DNA of 38,365 nt, taken from Reclinomonas americana ATCC 50394 (Eukaryota). A program made the translations under genes and the position numbers. The first letter of the stretch is position 1, and every line of letters starts with the position of its first letter. This document shows positions 1 through 12,546 of the stretch, piece by piece. The notes beneath the pieces are model-generated. The model ran no database searches. It had not been told where the DNA came from and saw only the letters and a program-made list of their open reading frames with translations. The DNA lies in NCBI GenBank assembly GCA_048213135.1, contig PS015333.1, forward strand, positions 1 to 38,365, read 5' to 3'.

Positions 1-647
1 CGTATCACGCCGGTCTCGGTGCCGATCACGAGGCTTCCGTCGTAAGCAAACGCTGCGCTCTCGACTGACAGGTGCCGACCGAGCGCACTCACTGGGCCGA
101 TTAACGCTGGTGGAGCAGCCACTGGCTCTGGATCCGACACCTCCATGAGACAGCCGGTGGAGTACACCGGTTCGATATGGTTGTTGTCAAAGTACACGGC
201 CAACTGCTTCCCGTATCCCTCCAGGGCTCTGTTGTATGCGTGATCCTCTCTCGATACCTCCTCCCTCCCTCGTCTGCTCCTGTAACGTGCACGCGTACGT
301 GGCGGAGCCACACAATCATCATGAAAGTCGTTTTCCGGCTCGAACACTGGTGGTGGCGGAGGCAGTGGTGGGGAGGGTGGTATGGGAGCCGGGAACCTAC
401 CACTCGGCGGCTCGCGGAAGATTAACCACGGACGACTCCAGAACACAGCCACCTGCGTGCAGTCGTGGCTCACGGCCACGCAGGTGACANNNNNNNNNNN
501 NNNNNNNNNATTGGTTTGCAGCGACGGCGACACAAGATGGATGCTGTGGAACGAACGGACTGTCACACTGCGTGCTATGCGGGCACTGAGCACACTGCCA
601 GAGTGTGAAGACGAGTCACTGCCGCTGCTTGTTCTCCGCTGCTTCAT
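1..647 (-). CDS. Partial WD40/beta-propeller-like protein (runs off window start)
   Basis: Uninterrupted minus-strand frame over 1-489: VTCVAVSHDCTQVAVFW...Pro-rich...SVESAAFAYDGSLVIGTETGVIR, two WD40-like strand motifs. A possible first exon MKQRRTSSGSDSS... starts at ATG 647 with a GTCCGT donor, but it lies across a 20-N gap and is speculative. Confidence 0.5.
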   Translation of the reverse strand, partial: MKQRRTSSGSDSSSHSGSVLSARIARSVTVRSFHSIHLVSPSLQTNXXXXXXXVTCVAVSHDCTQVAVFWSRPWLIFREPPSGRFPAPIPPSPPLPPPPPVFEPENDFHDDCVAPPRTRARYRSRRGREEVSREDHAYNRALEGYGKQLAVYFDNNHIEPVYSTGCLMEVSDPEPVAAPPALIGPVSALGRHLSVESAAFAYDGSLVIGTETGVI

Positions 648-738
648 CGCAGAGGATGCATCGGCGCAGATCTCCAAAGACGCCAGACTCCGGGTGGACT
701 CAAACACAGTGTACACATGGGAATAAGTTCAATCGGTG

Positions 739-3700
739 TTATATGTTGAGCCGCTGCTTGATGCGCTGGAGGTAACGGACGGTCTGCGAGTCTGGCGCCG
801 GATGACCTCCCTCAATGTCTCGTATTAGTTCGACGGCACCCGCAGACGCCACAACCGCACGGCATGCGCGGTTGGAGCAGAGGTTGCCAAGCGAAAACAG
901 CGCAATCTTGCGCGCACTGCTGCGGTTTTGCCGAGCAGCTCGCATCAGCTCCTGGATGGCGTTGTGCTCAATCAGGTCGTCACAGAGGGTGTGCGAATTG
1001 CGTACAAGGTTGCCCAGAGCACCTGCACAGAGGAAGACGGCGATCAGCACGCACACACACACACATAGGCCAAACTGCGCACACATACACACACACAAAC
1101 CGGCTGCATTAGCGCGTGTCTTCTCGTCCGAGTCCGTCAGCAGGCGCACCAGCGGCGGAATGCAGGTCTTCAGGTGCGGATACAGTGCGGCCGAGTGGAA
1201 AGCAGCGTTGCCGATCGCAAAACACGCAAACTTGCGGGTTTGCGAGTCGGGATCAGAGCACCGGTCAATCACCACGTCGAGGATCTTGAATCTGGTGTCG
1301 CCACACTCAACGGTTAGCAGATGACAACGAGACAAGGGTCAGAGACATACGTACACACACCTTACAAGATGCACATAAAAATACTCGCTGTGACGACACA
1401 TGTTGCCGACCAGATTGCACGTCTTGGCGCGCACGCTGGGATCGGGATGAGCGAGCAGTTTGGCGATCAGCCCGTGCGCAATCAACGACGAGTCGATGTG
1501 CGGGTAAAAGTCCTTGCTGATGCGGGCCAGTTGCGACACAATGAGCAGCGTGTCAATCACAATTCCCGTGGGAACGGCCTTGCTCGAGTCTTCGGGCGCC
1601 GTCAAGAACTCTTGGACTCGCGACGAGTCGAGGCCACCAAACTCCACAAACTGCTCGGCAAACACTGTCGATCCGAGCACCAGGCGCGATAATAGACCTG
1701 CACAGAAACAGGAAAGTGTGAGAAGATGATGCGTGGCATGGCGTACATCAATGAGCTGGATCGAGTGCGCACCCAGCGGCAACTCCCAAAACTCCTTGTC
1801 GAGGAACTTGGTGCTCCGAATCACGTTCTTCACCAGACCCTGCGAGAACACACATCGTCAGCGACGGCTGGGAGACTATCCAACACGGCAGTGTGCGCGG
1901 GGCGACAAAACCTCAGCGTAAAATACATCTTGTGCCTGCTTCGTCACCGACTCGGAGCACGTGGTCAGGAAGCACAAATAAAAAACGGAGATGAGGCGGC
2001 TGATGACGCTGCCGAGCGAGGAGGTGCCTTGACGTGCCGGAGGCCTGCATCGAAGCGTGAGGGGAGGAANNNNNNNNNNNNNNNNNNNNNNNNNNNNNNN
2101 NNNNNNNNNNNNNNNNNNNNNNNNNNNNNNNNNNNNNNNNNNNNNNNNNNNNNNNNNNNNNNNNNNNNNNNNNNNNNNNNNNNNNNNNNNNNNNNNNNNN
2201 NNNNNNNNNNNNNNNNNNNNNNNNNNNNNNNNNNNNNNNNNNNNNNNNNNNNNNNNNNNNNNNNNNNNGCTCAACCACTAAGGAAAAGAAAGAGAGACTC
2301 GTGTCACTCACCACGCGGCAATGGCCTGCAAGCACTCGGGACTGAGGATGCTGACCAAGTTGCCGAGCAGTTCCTTGTCGGTGAGCACACTATCGCAGGC
2401 CACATTCTTGCTGCTCATGTAATCGTACGTGTAGCGCACAGCGTACAGCAAACCAAATGGCGAGAGCTGCATAATCGCGGCGTCAACAACTGAGCATCTC
2501 ATCGCCATCAACCGCAGTGCACACCCTATACCTCGCATGTTGAGTACTCGCCACCCGTCGGCGGGAACAGTTGGCAGATCGAGTGCCGCACGCCCTCCCA
2601 CACATTCGCGGTCTCCAGCGTCTCAATCACCTCCGGCGATTTCTGCAAACCCCGACAAAAAAAAATCAGTATTCATCGATCTCCTGGCCACACTCACACG
2701 ACGCACCAGAGCCACAGCTTCCGCCAGAAGCGCGGCGAAACCATCATGGAAACCAGAGTCGGGATAGCCGTAGCCAGTGCCTTCCAGACGGTTGAGCCGG
2801 TTCTGCTCAGGGATCTGAAATAATAAAGGAGCAGATTGTTTGAGCAAGACATGAAAGTCGAATCATGTGCGCGCGCAATGCACACATAAACACTCACCGC
2901 AATGCACAGCGCCCGGGCAATACTCGACCACAGGGCACCGGATGTCAGCGAGAACCGATCGACAAGTCGAGTGACCACAGCCTGCCGTTCTCCCGGTGGC
3001 ACAGATTCCGGCAGACGAGTACTCTGGTGCGGCGCGCATCAGTGAGCAGGTGTCAGCGCATTTGCGAATTAACCACACACGCACCTGCTCGAACGCGAGA
3101 ATGCGCGAGAAAGCCCACGAGGCTGCGGATCCAATGAGCAGCGACAGGTGAACGCCCGACACGTTGCGAATACAGGCAGCTGCTCGCCGGCACAGTGTGT
3201 CACCGATCTCAGCCGACAGTCTGCGTCATCGCCACTATCAGCACAACGCCACAAAAGGACACGGAAATGAAATGAAGAAACGGCGGGTCATCACGCAACG
3301 TTGGTCGCGCATTGTGTGGCGGTGTGCTTTCGAGGAGCACCAAAATGGAGACAATGTGGAAAAACAGGCCGAGATCTTCACCTTCCAGCTCGTCTGCACC
3401 AACGAGACAAGAAGAGCGTCAGCGCAGAAAGTACATGACAAGCACTCATGGGGGAGCGTGATGATCAACGAAACTGAGAAGCGAATTGACGACCGCCGGC
3501 AGTCCAGGCAGCTTCAGAATCTCCACGCCAAACTTGGGCGAGAAGCGGCAACATTGAAATACGACCTGTGCAAAGAAAAATGCCAACATGGTCAGTGGCA
3601 TCGACGCGCTTCACGAATAAAGGAGCGGCGCAACTCGTAGCAGGTGGGTGAATGGCACATGCTGCTGCCTCGGTGTCGACAATAGCGCGAGGACGGCACG

Positions 3701-4618
3701 CGGGCCATTCTCCGTGCGCAACGTGTCGCCGACGTCTTTACGAATCTGTGCGCGACAGTGGTTGGTTGGCCGCGAAAAAACGCACACATACGCACAGACA
3801 GCTGGCGGCACACGCAACAATCAAATCAAAGTTCATGGTGCGACGCGTTTCCCGTACAGCTGCGGCCTTGGTGTAGGGGAACGGCAAAATGAACTCGGAG
3901 CTGAGTTCGTCGGGATTGTGTGTCGGGTGCACGGCGGCCGACAGCGCCTCGATAACCAGGGAAACACCCTCTGTCACCGCCATCAGAACGGCGAAAAGCT
4001 CCCGCAAAGTACACAAAGAGGCGGGTGTGCGGCACATACACACCTTGTCCACCGAATCTCTTGGTTGAGTCGCCCACCAAAATGCTCGCAATATCCTTGA
4101 TGGCCTTGGAGCGAGCCGCCATAAAGTACGCTCGATCGGTGCCGGCTGGGTCGGCCGCCAGAGCGCGCAGAATAAGCACGGCAATCTGCACCACGAGCAT
4201 GTCTGTCAGCGCCACGCGATGATTCGTCTCGTGCTTCTCTCGTCACACCGCTCACCCTCAGCAAGTCGGCGTGAATGGCTGGCGAGGCCGTCGGCGGGAG
4301 ATGCGCAAACACGGCAGAGTACACGTTGAAGAACATTTCCCACACGTGCTCCGGGTAGGTGCTCGACGAGATGCTGCGCAGCGAGTGGTACGCCACGCTC
4401 ACCAGCAGCGAGCCCACATTCGGATGGAATCCGCTCTCCACCAAATCTGTACCCGCATTATCGCGTGTCAGTGAGGGGAAGAGGGGAAGGGAGAGGGAGA
4501 GGGGGAGGGAGAGGGAGAGGGAGAGGGAGAGGGAGAGGGAGAGGGAGAGGGAGAGGGAGAGGGAGAGGGAGAGGGAGAGGGCGAGAGCGAGAGGGAGAAG
4601 GAGGGAGGCACCGAGACT

Positions 4619-4691
<73 letters not shown>

Positions 4692-7006
4692 GGAGGGAGG
4701 AGGACGGAAGAAGAANNNNNNNNNNNNNNNNNNNNNNNNNNNNNNNNNNNNNNNNNNNNNNNNNNNNNNNNNNNNNNNNNNNNNNNNNNNNNNNNNNNNN
4801 NNNNNNNNNNNNNNNNNNNNNNNNNNNNNNNNNNNNNNNNNNNNNNNNNNNNNNNNNNNNNNNNNNNNNNNNNNNNNNNNNNNNNNNNNNNNNNNNNNNN
4901 NNNNNNNNNNNNNNNNNNNNNNNNNNNNNNNNNNNNNNNNNNNNNNNNNNNNNNNNNNNNNNNNNNNNNNNNNNNNNNNNNNNNNNNNNNNNNNNNNNNN
5001 NNNNNNNNNNNNNNNNNNNNNNNNNNNNNNNNNNNNNNNNNNNNNNNNNNNNNNNNNNNNNNNNNNNNNNNNNNNNNNNNNNNNNNNNNNNNNNNNNNNN
5101 NNNNNNNNNNNNNNNNNNNNNNNNNNNNNNNNNNNNNNNNNNNNNNNNNNNNNNNNNNNNNNNNNNNNNNNNNNNNNNNNNNNNNNNNNNNNNNNNNNNN
5201 NNNNNNNNNNNNNNNNNNNNNNNNNNNNNNNNNNNNNNNNNNNNNNNNNNNNNNNNNNNNNNNNNNNNNNNNNNNNNNNNNNNNNNNNNNNNNNNNNNNN
5301 NNNNNNNNNNNNNNNNNNNNNNNNNNNGCATCGTCTCTCCATCTCGGTCAACTCCTCGTCCACTGCACACACACAGTGAGAGGGAGGAAAGAGGCCAGAT
5401 CATTTCCGCACATACGCGCGCACATACACGCACCTGTCATGGTCGGAGGTGCTGCAGAGCCAGAACCACCAGCGGCGGCCGCAGATCGCGTCTTGCTCTC
5501 TCCCGGGCGTTGACGGGCCGACATGAGTTGCGCGTTGGAGTGCGTCTCGTACGACTGAAGCGACAGCGACGGCACTTGGCCGGTGACGGCGCCGTCGCTG
5601 GCCGACGCAGCCGCCGCTCCAGCAGACGCAGAGGCGCCAGAAACCTGAGAGCGTATTATGCGAGATGCCGATGGCGGGTGTCGCAACAAGTGCAGCAGGC
5701 GTTGCCGGCCGAGATCGTTGCGATACAACTCTTCACGGTCGGCACTGGAGGGAGCGGCGAGTGAGTTCACAAACCTCATAGCAGCAATGGGATAATGCAA
5801 GCGTCGACCCACCGCTCTTGATCAGTCTCCTGCACGAACGGATGCTCGGCCAGCGCCGGCCAGTTGAGTCGCTTCGACGGCGTCTTGTGCAACAGACCCT
5901 TCAGGAAGTTCTTGAAATCGGCACTCTGCATATTCCCCCCACAAACAGGTGAGAGACGCAGAAGAGGAGAAGGCGAAGGGGAAGGGAAGGCAAAGGGGGC
6001 GGACCATGTTGCGCGGGAACTTGACGGGATCCTTGACGATGAGGTGAATGAGCGAGTAAATGTTGTTGGTGTAGAACGGCGGCTGGCCGACAAAGAGCTC
6101 GTAGAGAATGACGCCAAGCGACCACAGATCCGCCGTGTTGTTGTACGGCTGTTCCTGCACGAGCTCGGGCGACATGTACAACGGCGTGCCCTTGATCGAG
6201 GTCAGCACCATCGTGTTGACCGACATGGCCCGCGCAAAGCCAAAGTCGCACAGCTTGATCACTCCCGACGACGACACGAGAATGTTCTGCGGCTTCATGT
6301 CGCGATGGATGATGCGATTCGCGTGCAGATACTCCAACGCGCGCACCAACTGGCGCGCAATCGACTGCACCACATTCTCCGGCAGCTGCTGGTCCTCCTC
6401 CAAAATCTCAAACAACTCACCCTGCACGCAATAACAGTGAGAGAGTGTGGCGTGAGTGAGAGAGACTTGCGCTCCTCATGCGTCACCTGTGCGTACTCCA
6501 TGACGACACAGAACTCGTCGGGTGTCTCAAACGCGTCAATCATGAGAATGATGTTGGGGTGATCGAGCTTGCGCAAGATCTCAATCTCTTGTCGCAGGTT
6601 CTTCAGATCGCGTTCTGTCTTGTTGTGTTTCGTGATGAACTTCATGGCCACAATCTGCCCCGTGTGCTTGATGCGTCCCTGTTCAGTGAGAGAGAGAAGA
6701 ATGAGAGAGCGTGTGTGAAAGCTGTGCGACAACTGAGGGGCAGCAGGGAGAGAGAGAGAGCGAGTACAGAGAGAGAGCAAAAGACAACGAATGTCAAAGA
6801 GAGTGTGTGTGTGCGTGTGTGTGCGTGAGAGAGCGACATCTCTCTCGGTTTGTTTGTGAGCGCGCGCGCGCAAATCATGTGTGAGTTCGACTTCTTCTTC
6901 TTCCTCGTCTTCTTCTCTCACATCACAGAGTGTGTGTGCACGCAACTTTGAAGACGCGACCAAAGGAGCCTTCGCCAATCACCTCCAGCTGGTGATAGCG
7001 TTGCAT
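739..7006 (-). CDS. STK36: Fused/STK36 (TIO/Tsunami-type) Ser/Thr kinase with C-terminal armadillo/HEAT repeats; about 20 exons, interrupted by two N gaps
   Basis: Exon1 7006-6947 [20 protein letters not shown]; exon2 6678-6487 [15 protein letters not shown]...LRQEIEIL; exon3 6421-6005 [10 protein letters not shown]...HRDMKPQN...DFGFARAM...[21 protein letters not shown] (Fused-family signature). C-terminal ARM repeats [47 protein letters not shown]. Stop TAA at 739-741. Confidence 0.93.
4475..4715. repeat. Compound purine microsatellite (GAGAGG)n/(CAGA)n/(GA)n in an STK36 intron, next to an N gap
   Basis: Directly visible tandem repeats; they explain the poly-ER/SP/LP ORFs. Confidence 0.95.
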
Positions 7007-7104
7007 GATGGAACGCAACGTTGTGATGAGAGACTGAAGAGGGACAATTGCGCATCCCGCCAATTGTAACTTTCGCACCTGTACATTAAGTGTTTTTGCT
7101 CTCC

Positions 7105-10100
7105 TTATCTGCGACCTGCCGGCTGCTGCTGCTGTGGTGGTGGACTGGCAACGGGGACCTCGCCGGCAGCATCGTCGACTGTGGCGCGACAGGTCGGGCA
7201 GTGCTTGTCTTGCACGAGCCAGCGGTCGACACACGCTTTGTGGAATTGGTGGAAGCATGGCAGCGTGCGGATCTGTGTGTGTACGTAAGCAGTGAGCACG
7301 TGTGCACGGGGCGGCAAGAGAGAGAGTAAAGTGGCTTCACCTCTTCGCCCGCAGAGTACTCGCTCAGACACACTGGACAGCTGCGGCGACAAAGGTGGTG
7401 AGCAACAACTCTGCATCTTCAATCTGCGGAGCATACCTTTCAGATCCCTCGGCCATGCGCTCACCGGGCTGCATGACATGCACGCGGGTACGCTCGTCGA
7501 CTTGCGTGTTTGACAGGCCGCCTGCACGCCCGATGCGCTCCGACAACTCCAGCAGCTCTTCGTACGTCTGTGGCTCGTGAGGTCGGATGCTGCCGCGTCC
7601 GAGGAAGTCGGCCTCGGAGTGCTCATCGTCAGAGTCTAGCATCAGCTCCCGTCCAAAGATCTCGCGCATGTCCTCGTGTTGCCGATGAAGCACGGCCAGC
7701 AGCTGCTGCATGCTTTCGATGGTGCCCTCAGGCTGCATGAGAATGCGCGGCAGCACCGGCAGCAGCGAGCTGGAGGGGCGCCGCATGGCCAGTATGCTCT
7801 GCTGGTTCTCCTCGGCTTGCAGCTGTGCCGCCAGCTCACTGTCGGCCTCTTCGACGGTGGCCGAGCGACTGCCCAGGCTCGAGCGCGAGTGCTGCTGCAG
7901 CAAGGGTTGCGGCTGCGGCGGCAGCGGCGGCTGTCGCAGTCGCTGCTGCTGTTGCTGCTGCTGCTGTTGAATTTCACGCATTCTCCTGTCTTCCTCGTCC
8001 TGCAGTCGCTGAGCCAGCAGCGCATCCTCTTCTGTTGAACAGGAGAGAGATTTGAGAGGGGAAAGAACGGAGACACGAGACACGCCAGCTCGCCGACGAA
8101 CCACTGCGGGAAGGCTGCACGAACGAGGGTTGCCGTGCGACAGGCTGCGGCATCACGGCAGTCGGATCTGGTCGGAGAGCAGTGAATTAAACAAAATACC
8201 TTGGGATCGTGCACGTCGTGTCGCGGAACTCACCATACGGATTGTATGCCATTGGTGCCGATTGACGGGCACCCGCCGGCGACGTGGCATCCGCCGCCGT
8301 CATCGCGTACGGACGGATATGGCCACTGTCGCCGCCGCCGTCATCATCATGGTCGTCGTCAAATCCTGCCAAGTGGAATGGCCGCAGCGGGGTCATCATG
8401 ACGGTCGCAGACAATGGCAGCACCGGTGCCGGCAGTGGCTGCGCTGCCGCGGGGAGTGGTGGCATGGAGGCGGCCACAGCAGGGGAATGTGAGGCACTGC
8501 GGGAAGAGGAGTGGCGGTAAGCGACACACACGCATGCAACACGCATCGACGTGGACGACGAGCACGCAACGCATCACGCATGGCGGCTTGAATGGACAGC
8601 GTGTCGTACCGCTGCTGCAACTGGGGCGACAGATGTGCTCGAATTTCCGCGTCTGATATGGTACAGGTGCACTGCGGGGCCGGGCACACAAGCCGCTCGG
8701 GGAACTGTTCGGCCACTTGGACCGTCATGGCGAGATGTTGATCGATGCACTGCTCACGAACATTGGTAAATGAGGAGACAAGTCAGCTACAATAATGATA
8801 AGTGAATCGACCGACCTGGTTGCAGAACAAGTGGCCGCACTCTGTGCATCGCAGACGGACGTTAGACCGAGGCCACGAGAAGCTACTGTTTTTCCCCGAC
8901 TCACCGCGTAATCTGGTACCGTCGCCGGCAATGTTGCCACGACACAAACTGCACACAGGTCGCTCAACAGACTCCCTGTGAGTGCAAGCCGGCGTGAGAG
9001 TTGCACTACGCGCGATACGATCGACGACGACGACATCAAAGATTACGTCACCACGGTTGCGCTGCTGTCTGGCGCGCATGCCTCGCCTCATCGTCCATCT
9101 CCACCAGCACAAAATCGCCGGAGACAGGCCTCAACGTGAGGTGCTCCACCGACGAGTCTCTCGCCGCCCCTTGCTGCCACTGCTCACGCTCCAGCTGCGC
9201 GCGGCTTCGTGAATTTCAGGCTGCAGACACGATGCACTCGCAAGGCAACGCACCTTGGTGGCATGGGTACGAACTTGATCGAGAATATTCATGCGACTGC
9301 TGGAGAGCGAGCGGCGAATGGATGACAGCGCATTGCGCCCCATTGAGCCCTGCCGTACCATGCTGCCGCCGACATCTGTACCACCATCCGCCCGCTGCAC
9401 ATTGGCCTGCAGCGCACTCTTCAGGCGATCCACCCACGCCGCCTCACCCACCGAGAGACCTGCGAGAGCGGGCGCCATGAGTGTATCAATTGTGCGAGTA
9501 CGCAACAAAACACACGCAACTGCTCTCCTGCTCGGGTGTGAGCAGCGTGATCTGTTGCAGCACTTGATGGCAGGTCGCCAGCTCCGACGCAATGCCCACA
9601 TGCATGACTTGCGCGCCGTTGCCACTCATGCCGAGGGAGATCAGTCGCGAACCGATGGTCACAGCGGTCGCCACCTCTCTTTTGTGATGCAACGGCGACG
9701 AGTCATCGACGTCTTCGTCGGAGCCATCGTCACCCACATGTGCTGCGGCCGTCGCAGCCGAAGTGGCAGTGGTAGTGGTAGTGGTTGTCGTCGTTGCGGA
9801 CACACCGCCTTCGCTGCTGGTCACGGGAGTTACCGCACTCATCATCGAACGCAGCAGAATGGTGCAGCCGTCGGCCGTGAGGTTGCACCTGGCGAGATGC
9901 AGTGCTCGCAAATTGCTGCCGCCGACCGCAGTGGACGGTGCGCAGAGAAAGCGTGCCACCATCTCAGCACCGTCCACACCCAGTGACTGTCACAATCGGT
10001 GATGAGGTGCTACTCAAAGAAGAAGAGGGAGAAGAAAACGAGTGCGCAACGTTGTACGACAAGTCGAGAGTGGTGACCAAGTGCGCCGCACGCAGCGGTC

Positions 10101-11004
10101 CATTCAACAGCGAGGACAGCAGCTGTCCCCTGTGCATGCACACATACACAAGCATGTCAGGAGGAGATTCTAGACACGGAACGCGCGTACTGTGCAGGTG
10201 CATCGCGTATGCATTGTAAGGGAGTGTGCGAGAGTGTGGGTACTTGTCTGTACACGGGCGATTACACAAATGCCAGCTGCTGTAACTACGACATGCTCTG
10301 GATTGCTAAAGTGCCGGTGATCACGGATGACAACAGGCAGCGCCAGCTGCTGTTACGGGCCCACCTCCACATGCTCTAGCCGTGGGACGTGCAACAACGA
10401 CGGTGTGTGCCAGTGTCGGGCGACAACAAGCAGCGCCTTCTCTCTCTCTCCCTCCTCTCTCTCCCTCCTCCCTCCTCCCTCCTCCCTCCTCCCTCCTCCC
10501 TCCTCTCTCTCTCTCCCTCATTCACACGGAACTGTAGCCCACAGTCGCGCAAGAGCAACTCCTGAGCACGATCGGGAAAGCGCTTCTCCCACTCGGCGAG
10601 AAAGAGCTGCAGCGCCAGCACATCACTGCGCGACTTGAACGCGTTGCCAGACAAGTCCAAATGCTCCAGCATGGTCAACGATCCTGCCTGCGCCGCCGAC
10701 AGCACTCGTGCTTGCAGTGACAACAGCGCACCCTCACAGTGTGCTCTGCCTGCCGCGTCCATGAAGGACTGCGAGTGACGAGGAAATGAATGATTGAGGA
10801 GACACTGAGAGTGAGAATAAGAGATTGCGAGTTCAACCTGGTACAAGAGAAGGATCTCTCGACGAGTGCGATAAGCGTCGTCTTTGACAGCCTCCACATC
10901 ACTCACGCGCAGCGAGATGCCTTGCTCACAAAACACATGGCCGTCGCGAATCTGTGTGAGTGCGTGCGCGCACACACACACAATACAATCATCAATCATC
11001 AGAA

Positions 11005-11035
<31 letters not shown>

Positions 11036-11241
11036 CACATAAGGACGCACTGATTGTACGCGAAACACCGCATCGCGTCGTTGATCTGTGCGCATTGATC
11101 GCGCCTCGCTCTGTGTGAGCACTGGTGTGAGAAGAAGACAAAAGACGATGTGCGTGTGAGAGAGTGAGAGGCACTGACTTTGAGGCGCACGACATCGCCG
11201 GGCACGATCTCGGTGGCGGAGGAGGATCCACCGGCGCCCAT
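7105..11241 (-). CDS. Putative E3 ubiquitin ligase: N-myristoylation motif, small SH3/KOW-like barrel, RNI-like LRRs, RING-HC (RBR-RING1-like), two MIU/UIM-like motifs, C-terminal RING-H2
   Basis: Starts MGAGGSSS at 11241. LRRs: LEHLDLSGN, LLLRDCGL, VTTLDLSYN, LRALHLARCNL. RING-HC: CSLC...ECGHLFCNQC...CPAPQC. Ub-binding-like motifs: EDALLAQRLQDEE and DSELAAQLQAEE. Then TYEELLELSERIG..GL and spliced RING-H2 CPVC...LPCFHQFHKACVDRWL...CPTC. Stop at 7105-7107. All junctions join in frame via GT-AG introns. Confidence 0.8.
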
Positions 11242-11659
11242 GTGAGATTGTGAGATCGTGTCAACTGTGTCCTGCGTGACTGATTTTCAACTACTCCGGC
11301 GACGCGGTTGTGAGTGTGAACTTTACCCTGCCTGTGCTTGTCAGTCCACACGGAAAGATCTTTCATCNNNNNNNNNNNNNNNNNNNNNNNNNNNNNNNNN
11401 NNNNNNNNNNNNNNNNNNNNNNNNNNNNNNNNNNNNNNNNNNNNNNNNNNNNNNNNNNNNNNNNNNNNNNNNNNNNNNNNNNNNNNNNNNNNNNNNNNNN
11501 NNNNNNNNNNNNNNNNNNNNNNNNNNNNNNNNNNNNNNNNNNNNNNNNNNNNNNNNNNNNNNNNNNNNNNNNNNNNNNNNNNNNNNNNNNNNNNNNNNNN
11601 NNNNNNNNNNNNNNNNNNNNNNNNNNNNNNNNNNNNNNNNNNNNNNNNNNNNNNNNNNN

Positions 11660-12546
11660 GTGTTGCACACGGAGGCATGAATGTCGAGGACTTGGCAGTG
11701 ATGACGAGGAGTGAGGCCGAGCAAGAGCGGCTGCTGAAGCCGTGCGCGCTGTGTTTTGTGAGTGTGGAGACTTTGTCGCGGCATGCGTGGATGGATTCCC
11801 ACACTTCTTCTTTACAGAGGATGGAACTAGCACTGCGAGAGCTGGCGGAGGCGTTCAATCAACCTGCGCAGCGTATACGTACGCGTACTTGTCTGTGCGG
11901 TGACTACTCTGTCGATGAACCGCACAGGCGCCTCGGAGCCAGGGAGGCCAACCAGTTGTGGATTCCGTCACCTTATGTTGCTGAACTCGAGCGGCAAGGA
12001 TGCCATTCGCTATGAGTATACACTGAACGGCAACGTGTTCGCGCGCGTTTGGCAGCCCTCCGTGTGGACAGCTCAAGTCTTCTTCAGCAGAGCGCGGCAG
12101 TAGTTTATGGCTCCGGTCAGTCAAGATCTGCAGACCAGCACTCGAGCTCGCTGTCACCGGTACCGTCGTCGCCCGTCGATGNNNNNNNNNNNNNNNNNNN
12201 NNNNNNNNNNNNNNNNNNNNNNNNNNNNNNNNNNNNNNNNNNNNNNNNNNNNNNNNNNNNNNNNNNNNNNNNNNNNNNNNNNNNNNNNNNNNNNNNNNNN
12301 CCTCACACGATCCTCCCGCTGCACTGGAACGCGGACATCCTCGACATTCTTCTCCTCTGGGTCGCCGCCAGGCGCTCTGCGACTGCAGAAACAACGCCCC
12401 TATTGGCTGAGCCCGGTGAGTTTGACAGTCAACGGTCGCTGCTTCTAGATCTGGTGGCTGATCAGCGTCGCAGCAGAGTGATCTCGTCTCCTTCCCCCGC
12501 GTCGTCTCGCCGAATGTCACCCAAGCTTGAGTCGGACGATGTTTGA
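11660..12546 (+). CDS. Hypothetical protein, fragmentary (flanked and interrupted by N gaps)
   Basis: Coding-like segments with GT..AG introns: VAHGGMNVEDLAVMTRSEAEQERLLKP, MELALRELAEAFNQPAQRI, FRHLMLLNSSGKDAIRYEYTLNGNVF, and a terminal exon HTILPLHWNADILDILLLW...ESDDV*. No family recognised. Confidence 0.4.

Noticed and set aside
4359-5513. Long ORFs spanning N gaps and poly-ER/SP/LP, poly-CV/HT peptides (also 12742-14316, 26009-26530)
   Set aside because: Artefacts of N runs and intronic microsatellites.
8560-8970. Complete RBR (RING-IBR-RING) ligase
   Set aside because: A RING1-like finger is present but no IBR Cys pattern follows. The second finger is a RING-H2 far downstream.
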